From NCBI GenBank assembly GCA_902610585.1, contig CACLWE010000001.1, positions 3,922 through 67,921 on the forward strand: DNA of 64,000 nucleotides. The letters are read 5' to 3'. This document shows positions 20,772 to 30,872 of the stretch, piece by piece (positions within the stretch are counted from its first letter, which is position 1; every line of letters starts with the position of its first letter). The notes beneath the pieces were generated by a model that was given only the letters and a program-made list of their open reading frames with translations, had not been told where the DNA came from and searched no databases. The position numbers were made by a program, and so were the translations under genes. Origin of the DNA: an uncultured Pelagibacteraceae bacterium. Its GTDB lineage: Bacteria > Pseudomonadota > Alphaproteobacteria > Pelagibacterales > AG-422-B15.

Positions 20772-21071
20772 ATGAAATCAAAAATTTATGCGTTTTTATT
20801 ATTTTTTTTCCTAGGTCTGAATTTCACTTTTGCAGGTGGCATCGAAGATGAGACAAAAGATTATGAGGATGTTGAACTTACAACAAGAGAAGATATTTCT
20901 GAATTTCAAGAATTACAAGAGCCATTATATGAGAAGCTAGAAGAAATAGTTGCTGATGGATGTGACGGTGAGGGTAACGTTGTTAAATGGTCAGGTGGAT
21001 GCGTAACTTGGTCAGGTGGCTATTTAGAAGATGGTGAAGAAGCTGATACATTTGTAAGATACGGATCATAA
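20772..21071 (+). CDS. Hypothetical small acidic exported protein
   Basis: GAGGTG SD before ATG 20772, signal peptide ending TFA, Asp/Glu-rich body, 2 Cys, duplicated WSGG. Confidence 0.75.
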   Translation: MKSKIYAFLLFFFLGLNFTFAGGIEDETKDYEDVELTTREDISEFQELQEPLYEKLEEIVADGCDGEGNVVKWSGGCVTWSGGYLEDGEEADTFVRYGS

Positions 21072-21081
21072 AAATCTTTTT

Positions 21082-21567
21082 ATGAAAAAATTATTTTTTA
21101 CAATTTTAATTTTAATATCCTACGGATTTAGTTCTCAAAGTAATGAAGAAAACATGTGGTCTTTTTCATTAGGTCAATTTGATGTAAATGACACAGTTGA
21201 CTCATCAGAATTAAGATTTGAATATTTGTATGGGAATAACTTTTTAAAAAATAATTATGATCTCAAACCTTTCTTGGGTGTTATGAGAAACGGAGATAAC
21301 GGAAAATATATTTATTCAGGATTAAGAAAAAATATTGAAATTTCAGAAAAATGGTTTTTTACTCCAAGCTTTGCATTGGGATATTATGATCGAGGAGATA
21401 GTAAAGATTTAGGATATAATCTTGAATTTAGAAGTCAGATTGAGTTTTCATATAAACTTAAATCAGGTCGAATAGGATTTAATTTAAATCACATATCCAA
21501 TGCAAGCATTGGTGATACGAATCCTGGGACAGAAAGTGCAATGATCTCACTCATAAGACCTTTTTAA
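21082..21567 (+). CDS. Acyloxyacyl hydrolase / PagL-like lipid A 3-O-deacylase outer-membrane protein
   Basis: Signal peptide, amphipathic beta strands, 'DLG..LEFRS', 'HISNA....NPG.E', terminal Phe. Confidence 0.85.
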   Translation: MKKLFFTILILISYGFSSQSNEENMWSFSLGQFDVNDTVDSSELRFEYLYGNNFLKNNYDLKPFLGVMRNGDNGKYIYSGLRKNIEISEKWFFTPSFALGYYDRGDSKDLGYNLEFRSQIEFSYKLKSGRIGFNLNHISNASIGDTNPGTESAMISLIRPF

Positions 21568-22436
21568 TTTTTAATAAAATTATTTGAAAATTGCTTAGGA
21601 TCAAAATCATCAAAATCACTAATTTGCTCACCACTACCAATTGCTAAAATTGGTATTTTTGTTTTATTGGAAATTGATACTAGTGTTCCTCCTGCTGCCT
21701 TGGAATCAAATTTCGTCATAATAATGCCAGTAATTTTTGTAAATTTATTAAATTCTTCCACTTGTTTTAAGGCATTTTGCCCTGTTGTGGCATCGATCGA
21801 TATTATTGAATCATGAGGAAGTGTTTCATCGTGTTTTTTAAGCACTCGGTCAATTTTACCTAATTGATCCATTAAATCAGTTTTATTCTGAAGTCTTCCA
21901 GCTGTATCGATTATAACTACGTCAATATTATTTTTATTTGCATATGCAATTGACTTATAAACTACACTTGCTGGGTCAGATTTGTCAGCATCTCTTACAA
22001 AGTCTGTTCCTATTATATCAGCCCATTCATTTAATTGTTCCGCAGCTGCTGCTCTAAAGGTGTCAGCAGCAACCAACAGAACATTTTTTTTCTCTTTTTG
22101 AAATTGATTTGCCAGTTTTGCAATTGTTGTAGTTTTACCTGAACCATTTACGCCTACCATTAATATAACGTAGGGTTTTGCGTTATTTTTATAGTCAATT
22201 TTTTTTATATTTGTTGATACAATATCATTTATAATTTTACTAAGAAATGATTGGATTTCTTTCAGCGAAGGGGCATTAGAAAATTTTTCGTTTGCTAATT
22301 TTGATGTAATGAGTTCTGATGTTTCAACATCAACGTCAGAAGTAATGAGAAGATCTTCAAAATCCCGTATTGTATTTTGATCAATTTTTTGATTTGCAAA
22401 TACTTTTGCTAGGCCGGATTTTAAACTCTTAAACAA
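21564..22436 (-). CDS. ftsY: Signal recognition particle receptor FtsY (NG domain only)
   Basis: 'GVNGSGKTTT', 'DTFRAAA', 'DTAGR', 'TGQN', 'TKFD'. Confidence 0.97.
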   Translation of the reverse strand: MFKSLKSGLAKVFANQKIDQNTIRDFEDLLITSDVDVETSELITSKLANEKFSNAPSLKEIQSFLSKIINDIVSTNIKKIDYKNNAKPYVILMVGVNGSGKTTTIAKLANQFQKEKKNVLLVAADTFRAAAAEQLNEWADIIGTDFVRDADKSDPASVVYKSIAYANKNNIDVVIIDTAGRLQNKTDLMDQLGKIDRVLKKHDETLPHDSIISIDATTGQNALKQVEEFNKFTKITGIIMTKFDSKAAGGTLVSISNKTKIPILAIGSGEQISDFDDFDPKQFSNNFIKN

Positions 22437-23685
22437 TTATATTTCCAATTAAGCCTTTTTGACGCTTTCCAGTGACAAGCATTTTTATTATTTTACCCGC
22501 TTCAAAATTATCATCGAGACAGACCTTTGCAAATGTATCTGATCTACCTTGATTTTGACTCTCAACAATAAGGTTGATCTCTTTATTTTTAAGCTTATCG
22601 TAGTGCTCGGTAATCTTTCGCTCGCCAATATTTCTGAGTATTTTTGCTCTTTTTTTTATAATTTCTCGATCTAATTGAGGCATTCTAGCGGCGGGCGTTC
22701 CATCTCTTGGTGAAAATGGAAATACGTGCAAAAAAGTAATATTACATTCATCTATAAGACGCACTGAATTTAGAAACATTCCCTCCGTTTCTGTTGGAAA
22801 TCCAGCAATTAAATCTGCACCAAATACAATATCAGGTCTAACAGCTCTGATGCGCTCCATTGCATTAATTGCATCTTCTCTTGAATGTCTTCTTTTCATT
22901 CTTTTTAAAATCATATTATCGCCAGCCTGCAGAGATAAATGAATATGAGGAAGTAAACGTTTCTCACTACCGTAAAGATTTATTAATTCATCATCTATTT
23001 CTGCGATATCAAGTGATGACAGTCTCAGTCTGTTAAGTTGAGGCAACCTATTGAGAATAGTTTTTACTAACTTTGACAATGAAATTTTTTTCTCAAAATC
23101 ACTACCGTAGCTTGTGAGATCAACGCCAGTTAGCACTATCTCCTTGTAGTTCTTCTCTAGAAGTAACTTTATTTGTTTTATAATATTTTTTGGATCCACA
23201 CTTCTTGAATTTCCTCGTCCATATGGAATAATACAAAATGTACACCTATGATCACATCCATTTTGTATTTGTACAAATCCTCTTATTCTGTTTTTAACTT
23301 TACTTATAAACGGTGAAATTGCCTGTTCATTTTCGAATATATCTCCTACTAAATTTACGGGCTTATTACTTTCTCTTATAGTTTTATAGGTTGAGGATTC
23401 TAATTTTTCTTTATTTCCAATGATGGAGTCAACTTCGCTCATTGCTTTAAAATCTTTTTTATGTATCTGTGCAGCACAACCAGTAAGAACGACTTGACTT
23501 TGTTGATTTTCTTTTTTTACTTTTCTAATTTCATTTTTCAGATCAGCGATAGTTTTATTTGTAACAGCGCAACTATTAATAAAAATATGGTTCTGAAGAT
23601 TATTATCTTTTGCGTATTTTCTTATAACTTCAGACTCATAAAAATTCAGTCTACACCCGTAAGTTTTAATTTCTGGATCTTTCAT
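22429..23685 (-). CDS. mtaB: tRNA t6A37 methylthiotransferase
   Basis: 'TYGCRLN', 'NSCAVT', 'GCAAQ', 'GCDHRCTFC'; dapF-mtaB-ftsY synteny. Confidence 0.93.
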   Translation of the reverse strand: MKDPEIKTYGCRLNFYESEVIRKYAKDNNLQNHIFINSCAVTNKTIADLKNEIRKVKKENQQSQVVLTGCAAQIHKKDFKAMSEVDSIIGNKEKLESSTYKTIRESNKPVNLVGDIFENEQAISPFISKVKNRIRGFVQIQNGCDHRCTFCIIPYGRGNSRSVDPKNIIKQIKLLLEKNYKEIVLTGVDLTSYGSDFEKKISLSKLVKTILNRLPQLNRLRLSSLDIAEIDDELINLYGSEKRLLPHIHLSLQAGDNMILKRMKRRHSREDAINAMERIRAVRPDIVFGADLIAGFPTETEGMFLNSVRLIDECNITFLHVFPFSPRDGTPAARMPQLDREIIKKRAKILRNIGERKITEHYDKLKNKEINLIVESQNQGRSDTFAKVCLDDNFEAGKIIKMLVTGKRQKGLIGNIIV

Positions 23686-24052
23686 TACTTATTTGATTTC
23701 GATTTTTTAAATATAGAGCAAATGCAAGAACTTCATACAATATATGACTCATATGATAGATAAGAGGCAATTTAATAAAATTATAAAGCCATTTATACCT
23801 TGGAAGTTGAGACCATATCAGCAAAAAAGCATCGATTCCCTCTAATATCTTTCCATCATGATTGGCGTGAAGACGTCTTATCAATTGACTTGGTTCTTTT
23901 GAGGTTTCCTTTTCAGCAACTTTATTTTGAGTAACATCGATCCAATCAATAACATTATTAAGTTTCTTATAGTGGTTTATTTCAAACCTACAGATACTGC
24001 ATGAGTTATTAAAGTATATTTTAGTATTTTTTTTAGAATTTTTATTTCTCAC
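23666..24052 (-). CDS. DUF393/DCC1-like thiol-disulfide oxidoreductase family protein
   Basis: 'IYFNNSCSICRFEI', 'RLH', 'G.DAF..IW'. Confidence 0.85.
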   Translation of the reverse strand: MRNKNSKKNTKIYFNNSCSICRFEINHYKKLNNVIDWIDVTQNKVAEKETSKEPSQLIRRLHANHDGKILEGIDAFLLIWSQLPRYKWLYNFIKLPLIYHMSHILYEVLAFALYLKNRNQISNERSRN

Positions 24053-24873
24053 AGCTTATATTTATCAGTAAAATTTATCTCAGTTGGACCAGTCATTATA
24101 ACATTATCACTACTTTTGTAATATATTTCTAAATCGCCCCCTGGCAATGTTACTGTCACGTTATTTTTTATCACTCCCATTTCAACTCCTGCTACAGCTG
24201 TTGCGCAAGCAGCCGTACCACAAGCATTTGTTTTTCCTGCACCCCTTTCCCATACTTTTAGTACAATGTGGTTATCACTTTTTAACTTTGCAAAACTCAC
24301 ATTTATTTTTTCAGGAAATAAACTATCGTTTTCAATTAAAGATCCAAAACTCTCAATATCATATTTTTCGATTTCATCATCAAAAAATATAATATGTGGA
24401 TTACCAATATTAACTAAAAATGGTTTTTTTAGAGTAAGATCTCTGATTGAAAAATTTATATCTTCTGGATTGACATCTTGAGTTAAAGGTATTTCATTCC
24501 ATTTGAATTTTGGCTTGCCCATATTTACACTAACTGTGACTTCATCAATCTTTTCACATGTAATTGTTCTTTCACGTGTTGTTAAGTTTATTTTCTCGCT
24601 TTTTGTTTCTTTCATTAAAAAGTTTGCAACACAACGCGAACCATTTCCACAAGCATCTATTTCACTTCCATCTGAATTAAAAAATTTAATCAGTGGATCG
24701 CTGTTATCTTGTGACTTTCTAATCATGATTAGTTGATCGCAGCCAACCCCGTCTGTTCTGTTACAAACTAATTTTATTTGTTCTTCTGATAAATCAAATT
24801 CAGATACTCTTTGATCAATAACAACAAAATCATTTCCAAGGCCATTCATCTTTACGAACTTAAACTCGTGCAT
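24049..24873 (-). CDS. dapF: Diaminopimelate epimerase
   Basis: 'KMNGLGNDF', 'ACGNGSRC', 'GNPH', 'ERGAG.T.ACGT'; start placed at MHEFKF. Confidence 0.97.
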   Translation of the reverse strand: MHEFKFVKMNGLGNDFVVIDQRVSEFDLSEEQIKLVCNRTDGVGCDQLIMIRKSQDNSDPLIKFFNSDGSEIDACGNGSRCVANFLMKETKSEKINLTTRERTITCEKIDEVTVSVNMGKPKFKWNEIPLTQDVNPEDINFSIRDLTLKKPFLVNIGNPHIIFFDDEIEKYDIESFGSLIENDSLFPEKINVSFAKLKSDNHIVLKVWERGAGKTNACGTAACATAVAGVEMGVIKNNVTVTLPGGDLEIYYKSSDNVIMTGPTEINFTDKYKL

Positions 24874-24931
24874 AAACACTTTATATTGAGCCAATTTTGA
24901 TTTTTCCAGTAAATAAGAAATTAAATGAATC

Positions 24932-24960
24932 TTGACATTAACTTACTGAAGTAATAAAAA
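24932..24960 (+). promoter_or_regulatory. Putative sigma70 promoter of the ffh-rpsP operon
   Basis: TTGACA at 24932 followed 17 nt later by TAAAAA, just upstream of the structured leader. Confidence 0.5.
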
Positions 24961-25016
24961 ACTCACGTTTTCCGTCAGAAATATTATTTCTGCGGTGCCA
25001 TAAATAAAGGTATCGA

Positions 25017-25064
25017 CACCAGTCAGCGAGTTTCGCCCATTGGTGCACTACCTGCTGAAGGAGA
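25017..25064 (+). ncRNA. ffh leader RNA motif (cis-regulatory)
   Basis: GC-rich CACCA(gtca GCGA-gtt-TCGC ccat)TGGTG nested hairpin immediately 5' of the ffh SD; an ffh motif is described at this position in Pelagibacter and other alphaproteobacteria. Confidence 0.7.
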
Positions 25065-25071
25065 GTTTATT

Positions 25072-26454
25072 TTGTTTGAGAACCTTAGTAATCGGTTTGA
25101 GGAAATATTTAAGAGTTTAAAAAAGACAGGTTCTATTGATGAGGCCTCTCTCGATAGTGCAATGAGAGATATTCGAAGAGCTCTTCTTGAAGCTGATGTT
25201 GCATTACCAATTGCAAAAAAATTCATAGAGGATGTCAAAAAAGAGTCGATCGGAAAGGAAATCATTCGATCAATAACGCCTGCGCAAATGATAACAAAAA
25301 TTGTGAATGATCAATTAATTCAAATTTTAGGGTCAGCTTCACCCGAATTCCAAATAAACGATAATCAAGTTTCATCTTATTTATTTGCAGGACTTCAAGG
25401 TTCTGGCAAGACAACGACTGTTGGTAAAATCGGTAATTATCTCAAAAGCAATTACGATAAGAAGATTTTATTTGTTTCATTAGATACCACAAGACCAGCT
25501 GCTTTTGATCAGCTAAAAAAACTTTCTGAGTTAATTGATGTAACAATTTTACCCAAACTCGAAAATCAAATGCCTATTGATATTGTATCAAGAGCAAAAC
25601 AATTTGCTGAATTACAGGAAATTGATTGTGTTTTATATGATACAGCGGGGAGAATGAATGTTGAAGAAGGGCTAATGAGCGAATTGAGTTTGCTGGAAAA
25701 AGAAATTAACCCTCTAGAAACGATACTTGTTTTAGACAGCCTAACTGGCCAAGAGGCAGTGAATGTTGCAAGCGATTTTGCAAAAGCAATCAATATTACT
25801 GGCTCTATTCTTACTAGGATTGATGGCGATGCTCGAGGTGGGGCCGCATTAAGCATGAAGTACATTACTGATTGTCCAATTAAATTTATGGGAGTTGGGG
25901 AGCAAGTCGATGACCTTGAAAAATTTCACCCAGAGCGAATTGCCAATCGTATTCTTGGAATGGGAGATATTGTAACCTTAGTTGAAAAAGCTGCTGAAAC
26001 TATTGATCAAGAAGATACCGAAGAAATGGCCAAAAAATTACAAAAAGGAGAATTTGACCTCGACGATTTACTTAGTCAAATCAGACAGATGAAAAAAATG
26101 GGTGGCATTTCGGGTATGATGAAATTCATTCCTGGACTAAGTAATCTGAGTGATAAGATCCCACAAAATACTAATCCTGACAACTCAATCGCTCAACAAG
26201 AAGCAATTATTCTCTCAATGACAAAATACGAGCGAAGCAAGCCAAAGATAATTAATGGATCAAGAAAAAAAAGAATAGCGGCAGGGTCAGGGACTTCAGT
26301 ATCCGAAATAAATAAAATTCTAAAACAACATAGAAAGATGTCAGACATGATGAAGAAGTTATCTAGAAAAGGGGGAGGATCAATTGATCCAAATATGTTA
26401 GCAGGCCAACTTGGAAGTGGTATGCCGAGTGATTTTTTTAAAAATAAATTTTAA
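25072..26454 (+). CDS. ffh: Signal recognition particle protein
   Basis: 'RRALLEADV', 'GLQGSGKTTT', 'DTAGR', 'DARGGAALS', 'RILGMGD', Met-rich M domain; TTG start. Confidence 0.98.
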   Translation: MFENLSNRFEEIFKSLKKTGSIDEASLDSAMRDIRRALLEADVALPIAKKFIEDVKKESIGKEIIRSITPAQMITKIVNDQLIQILGSASPEFQINDNQVSSYLFAGLQGSGKTTTVGKIGNYLKSNYDKKILFVSLDTTRPAAFDQLKKLSELIDVTILPKLENQMPIDIVSRAKQFAELQEIDCVLYDTAGRMNVEEGLMSELSLLEKEINPLETILVLDSLTGQEAVNVASDFAKAINITGSILTRIDGDARGGAALSMKYITDCPIKFMGVGEQVDDLEKFHPERIANRILGMGDIVTLVEKAAETIDQEDTEEMAKKLQKGEFDLDDLLSQIRQMKKMGGISGMMKFIPGLSNLSDKIPQNTNPDNSIAQQEAIILSMTKYERSKPKIINGSRKKRIAAGSGTSVSEINKILKQHRKMSDMMKKLSRKGGGSIDPNMLAGQLGSGMPSDFFKNKF

Positions 26455-26480
26455 TTATTAACAAATAAAAGGAGAATAAA

Positions 26481-26954
26481 ATGGCGTTAAAAATAAGACT
26501 ATCGAGAGCAGGTTCAAAAAAAAGGCCTGTATACAGAGTTGTAGTTGCAGATTCAAGAAGTCCGCGAGATGGTAGATTTATTGAAAAGGTAGGATTGTAC
26601 AATCCTCTTTTACAAAAAGATAATAAGGATAGGATCCAACTAAACTTAGACACAATAAAAGAGTGGATTTCTAAAGGAGCAAAACCAACAGATAAGGTTG
26701 CAAGATTTTTGGGAGAAGCCGGCGTAATACCTATGCCAGCACAAGGCAACAATCCTAAAAAAGCTCAGCCAAAAAAGAAAGCACAAGAAAGATTAGCTGC
26801 AGCTGAGGAAGCAAAGAATCAGCCTACTCCTGAAGCTCCAGCAGAAGAGACTCCAGCAGAGGAAGCTCCAGCAGCAGAAGCAAAAACTGATGAAGCTCCA
26901 GCAGAAGAGACTCCAGCAGAGGAAGCTCCAGCAGAAGAGGAGAAAAAAGACTAA
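26481..26954 (+). CDS. rpsP: 30S ribosomal protein S16 with Pro/Ala/Glu-rich C-terminal tail
   Basis: '[29 protein letters not shown]'. Confidence 0.98.
   Translation: MALKIRLSRAGSKKRPVYRVVVADSRSPRDGRFIEKVGLYNPLLQKDNKDRIQLNLDTIKEWISKGAKPTDKVARFLGEAGVIPMPAQGNNPKKAQPKKKAQERLAAAEEAKNQPTPEAPAEETPAEEAPAAEAKTDEAPAEETPAEEAPAEEEKKD
26831..26934 (+). repeat. Exact 44-nt direct repeat (60-nt period) in the rpsP tail
   Basis: tgaagctccagcagaagagactccagcagaggaagctccagcag at 26831-26874 and 26891-26934; encodes [14 protein letters not shown]. Confidence 0.95.
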
Positions 26955-26965
26955 GCTTATTAATT

Positions 26966-27472
26966 ATGTCCCAATTGATAGTTATTGGAGAAGTAAGAGC
27001 AGTTCACGGTTTAAAGGGTCATTTCAAGATTACATCATATACAGAAACGCCAGACGATGTATTTAGATATGGCCCCTGTAGACTTGGGAAAAAATATTCA
27101 AATATCACTCTTAAAAAATTGAAAGAGTTAAAAACTGGTTTTATTGCTAGTTGTGAACAAATTAAAACAAGGGAGTTGGCTGAAAAAATTGTAGGGCTTA
27201 CAATAGAAATCGATCAATCGTATTTACCAGCTATAAAAAAATTAAACCAATACTATTATCATCAATTAATTAATTTAATTGTAAAAACTAATGATGGAAA
27301 AAATATTGGAAAAGTAATATCTGTTCAGAATTACGGTTCATCGGATTTACTAGAAATAAGAAAAAAAAATGCTAAAGACTACTTTATTCCAATAAGTGAA
27401 AACACAATAAAAAAAATTGATCTTATAAAAAAAATTATTGTTACAAAAAATATCAATGACTATATAGGCTAG
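26966..27472 (+). CDS. rimM: 16S rRNA processing protein RimM
   Basis: 'IGEV.AVHGLKG', 'YYYHQLI', 'NYGSSDLLEI'; between rpsP and trmD. Confidence 0.93.
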   Translation: MSQLIVIGEVRAVHGLKGHFKITSYTETPDDVFRYGPCRLGKKYSNITLKKLKELKTGFIASCEQIKTRELAEKIVGLTIEIDQSYLPAIKKLNQYYYHQLINLIVKTNDGKNIGKVISVQNYGSSDLLEIRKKNAKDYFIPISENTIKKIDLIKKIIVTKNINDYIG

Positions 27473-27474
27473 CA

Positions 27475-28191
27475 ATGTATCGAGTAAAAATTATCACACT
27501 TTTCCCAAATAGTTTTCCTGGACTTTTAAATACAGGAGTCGTGGGTAAGGCATTAAAGAAAAAAATATGGTCATTAAAAACAATTGATCCGAGAAAATAT
27601 TCAAAAGGTAATTACAAAAAAGTAGATGATACCACAGCTGGTGGCGGTCCTGGTATGATTTTAAAAGCAGATGTAATTGGGAAATCTGTTGATGCTTGTT
27701 ACAAGAATATAAAATCTAAAGATAGTTATCCAATGGTATATTTAAGTCCTCGCGGTACTCCTTTAACTCAAAGTAAAGTTATTAATTTTTCAAAGATGAA
27801 AGGAATTAATATTCTTTGTGGTAGATACGAAGGCATTGATCAACGTATACTCGATTTCTATCCTATTGAGGAAATAAGTATTGGAGACTATATACTGGCG
27901 GGTGGTGAAATAGCCTCCCAGGTTTTAGTAGAGTCAATAGTGAGACTGTTGCCAGGAACACTTGGTGACATGAAGTCTGCCAGTTCAGAGACCTTCTCAA
28001 AAGACCTTCTTGAATACCCTCAGTATACAAGGCCTAAAAAATGGAAAAATTTGACAATTCCAGACATATTGCTCTCTGGAAATCACAGAAATATTAGTGA
28101 GTGGCGCTTAAAACAATCTGAAAAACTGACACAGAAAGTTAGGCCAGATTTATGGAAAAACTACAAAAAAAGCAAGACAAGGAAGAAATAA
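27475..28191 (+). CDS. trmD: tRNA (guanine-N1)-methyltransferase
   Basis: 'VDD..AGGGPGM', 'CGRYEGID.R', 'SIGDYILAGGE', 'LEYPQYTRP'. Confidence 0.98.
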   Translation: MYRVKIITLFPNSFPGLLNTGVVGKALKKKIWSLKTIDPRKYSKGNYKKVDDTTAGGGPGMILKADVIGKSVDACYKNIKSKDSYPMVYLSPRGTPLTQSKVINFSKMKGINILCGRYEGIDQRILDFYPIEEISIGDYILAGGEIASQVLVESIVRLLPGTLGDMKSASSETFSKDLLEYPQYTRPKKWKNLTIPDILLSGNHRNISEWRLKQSEKLTQKVRPDLWKNYKKSKTRKK

Positions 28192-28218
28192 AGTATTAAA
28201 ACACGGTGCGAGGCTACC

Positions 28219-28803
28219 ATGAACATCATAGAACAATTCGAAAAAGACCAGATAAAGTCACTAGTCAAAGGTAAGAAAATACCACAATTCCATCCAGGAG
28301 ATACAGTAAGAGTGAATGTCAAGGTACGTGAGGGTACGCGTGAGAGAATACAGGCATTCGAGGGCGTTTGCATCAGAAAGAAAAATAGAGGTCTAAGTTC
28401 TTCATTTACAGTTAGAAAAATTTCTTTCGGTGAGGGCGTAGAAAGAGTATTTCCAATCTTTAGTCCGTCTATTGACTCCATTTCGATTGTAAGAAGTGGA
28501 CAAGTCAGAAGAGCTAAGCTTTACTATCTTAGAGATCTAACCGGTAAGAAAGCAAGAATCGTTGAGAGAATTCGAAAGAAGCAACCAGATCTTGCTAGTT
28601 TATATATTGATGAGAGTGAAGAAGTTGTAGAAGAAGAAATTATTGCTTCTGATGAGCCTGCTCAAGATGAGAGTGTTGAAGTTGCAGCTGATGCTTCTCA
28701 AGCTGAGGAAAAAACAGAGTCTGAAGTTGATGAGATTGCTCAAGAACAAGTTCCTGAAGATAATGCTGAAAGTTCAGAAGAATCAGAAACAACAAAAGAA
28801 TAA
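28219..28803 (+). CDS. rplS: 50S ribosomal protein L19 with acidic C-terminal extension
   Basis: 'PGDTV.V', 'RIQAFEG', '[11 protein letters not shown]', '[10 protein letters not shown]'. Confidence 0.98.
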   Translation: MNIIEQFEKDQIKSLVKGKKIPQFHPGDTVRVNVKVREGTRERIQAFEGVCIRKKNRGLSSSFTVRKISFGEGVERVFPIFSPSIDSISIVRSGQVRRAKLYYLRDLTGKKARIVERIRKKQPDLASLYIDESEEVVEEEIIASDEPAQDESVEVAADASQAEEKTESEVDEIAQEQVPEDNAESSEESETTKE

Positions 28804-28842
28804 TTACTTCTTTTTCGTTTTTTTTGTTAATCAAAGTTATTT

Positions 28843-30246
28843 ATGAGTACTCCAAAGACATTATATGATAAAATATGGAATGATCATTTAGTTTCAGAAA
28901 ATGAAGATGGAACATCAATCATTTATATTGACAGACATCTTGTCCATGAAGTTACAAGTCCCCAAGCATTTGAGGGACTAAAAATTGCAAACAGATCAGT
29001 TAGAAAACCTAATTTTACATTAGCCACTGCTGATCACAATATTCCTACAACAAATAGAGATGAGGGAATATCAGATCCAGAGTCTAAGTTACAGGTAGAT
29101 ACTCTTGAAGAGAATTGTAAAGAGCACGGAATTACTTTTCTTTCTATGTCTGATAAAAGACAGGGCATAGTTCATATTATCGGACCGGAGCAAGGTTTCA
29201 CACAACCAGGAATGACTATCGTTTGTGGTGATAGCCATACGTCAACACACGGTGCCTTCGGTGCTCTTGCATGGGGAATTGGAACTTCTGAAGTAGAACA
29301 TGTTCTTGCAACTCAAACATTGGTACAAACTAAAGCTAAGAATATGCAAATTAATATACAAGGTGAACTGCCACTGGGTGTCACAGCAAAAGATATTGTT
29401 TTAAAGATTATTCAAACAATTGGAACTGCTGGAGGTACTGGATATGTTATTGAATACACAGGTGATGCGATCAAATCCCTAACAATGGAGGGAAGAATGA
29501 CTGTCTGTAACATGTCAATTGAAGCGGGAGCAAGAGCTGGTTTAATCAGTCCTGATGAAAAAACAATTGAATACTTAAAGGGTAGACCATTTTCTCCAGC
29601 AGAAAATGAATATCAATCAGCGTCAGATTATTGGTTATCGCTAGCATCTGATGAAGGTGCTGCTTATGACAAAACAGTAAATATTGATGCAAGCGATATC
29701 ATTCCGCAAGTCACATGGGGCACAAGTCCTGAGGATGTCGTTTCGATTGATGGATTGGTTCCAAACCCTGAGGACGAAAGGGATGAGACAAAGAAAAAAT
29801 CAATGATTAGAGCTTTGGAATACATGGGTCTTGTTCCGAACACACCACTTAAAGAGGTGAAAGTAGATAAGGTATTTATTGGTTCATGCACAAATGGACG
29901 GATTGAAGACTTGAGAGCTGCATCCAAAATTGCAAAGGATAGAAAAGTTGCGGACCATGTAAATGCAATAATCGTTCCTGGGTCCGGTTTAGTTAAACAG
30001 CAGGCAGAAGAGGAGGGTTTGGATAAAATATTTATTGAGTCAGGCTTTGAATGGAGAGAGCCCGGATGTTCAATGTGTCTTGCAATGAATGCTGATAAAC
30101 TTAAACCTCAAGAAAGATGCGCTTCCACTTCAAACAGAAACTTTGAAGGTAGGCAAGGAAGAGGAGGTCGTACTCATTTAATGAGTCCAGCTATGGCTGC
30201 TGCCGCGGCTATCAATGGAAAACTATCAGACTGTAGAGAGATATAA
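28843..30246 (+). CDS. leuC: 3-isopropylmalate dehydratase large subunit
   Basis: 'HEVTSPQAF', 'CGDSHT', 'GSCTNGR', 'GCSMCLAMN'. Confidence 0.98.
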   Translation: MSTPKTLYDKIWNDHLVSENEDGTSIIYIDRHLVHEVTSPQAFEGLKIANRSVRKPNFTLATADHNIPTTNRDEGISDPESKLQVDTLEENCKEHGITFLSMSDKRQGIVHIIGPEQGFTQPGMTIVCGDSHTSTHGAFGALAWGIGTSEVEHVLATQTLVQTKAKNMQINIQGELPLGVTAKDIVLKIIQTIGTAGGTGYVIEYTGDAIKSLTMEGRMTVCNMSIEAGARAGLISPDEKTIEYLKGRPFSPAENEYQSASDYWLSLASDEGAAYDKTVNIDASDIIPQVTWGTSPEDVVSIDGLVPNPEDERDETKKKSMIRALEYMGLVPNTPLKEVKVDKVFIGSCTNGRIEDLRAASKIAKDRKVADHVNAIIVPGSGLVKQQAEEEGLDKIFIESGFEWREPGCSMCLAMNADKLKPQERCASTSNRNFEGRQGRGGRTHLMSPAMAAAAAINGKLSDCREI

Positions 30247-30872
30247 TGGAAAAATTTAAAAAAATAGAAAGTAATGCAATTCCTTTACCAATGGTGAATG
30301 TTGATACTGATATGATCATTCCAAAACAATTTCTCAAAACAATTAAGCGAACAGGTTTAGGTAAAAATTTATTTTATGAATTAAGATATGATGAAAAAGA
30401 TGCACCCATAGATTCGTTTGTCCTTAATCAAGATAAATATAAAGACTCTCAAATTTTGATTACTGGTAAAAATTTTGGCTGCGGGTCATCTCGTGAACAT
30501 GCTCCTTGGTCAATCTTAGATTATGGTATTAAATGCATCATCGCTTCGAGCTTTGCGGATATCTTTTATAATAATTGTTTCAAGAATGGTATTCTTCCAA
30601 TCAAATTAGATGAGTCTGAAGTAACTAAATTACAAAAAGCAGCTGAAAACAGTCTTAGTTTTACAATTGATTTAGAAAATCAGAAGATTTCTTATTTTGA
30701 TAAAAATATAAATCATGAGGTAAGTTTTGAACTTGATAAAGCCAAAAAAACTAGCCTATTAGAGGGTTTAGATGATATTGGATTGACACTAGCTAAAGTT
30801 AATCATATTTCTGATTTTGAAAATAAGCAAAAGTCAACAACACCCTGGTTGTATAGCCAACAAATAAAATGA
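30246..30872 (+). CDS. leuD: 3-isopropylmalate dehydratase small subunit
   Basis: '[13 protein letters not shown]', '[13 protein letters not shown]'. Confidence 0.98.
   Translation: MEKFKKIESNAIPLPMVNVDTDMIIPKQFLKTIKRTGLGKNLFYELRYDEKDAPIDSFVLNQDKYKDSQILITGKNFGCGSSREHAPWSILDYGIKCIIASSFADIFYNNCFKNGILPIKLDESEVTKLQKAAENSLSFTIDLENQKISYFDKNINHEVSFELDKAKKTSLLEGLDDIGLTLAKVNHISDFENKQKSTTPWLYSQQIK

Noticed and set aside
21564-22436. Short FtsY as a possible truncation or pseudogene
   Set aside because: NG-only FtsY is common and all GTPase motifs are intact
25023-25265. 80-aa minus-strand ORF over the ffh start
   Set aside because: Antisense shadow of ffh and its leader
26831-26934. Direct repeats as a possible CRISPR array
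   Set aside because: Only two copies, in frame within rpsP, a 16-nt gap and no cas genes
28192-28218. GC-richer spacer before rplS as a possible L19 leader
   Set aside because: Too short and no convincing stem; explained by the GAGG SD
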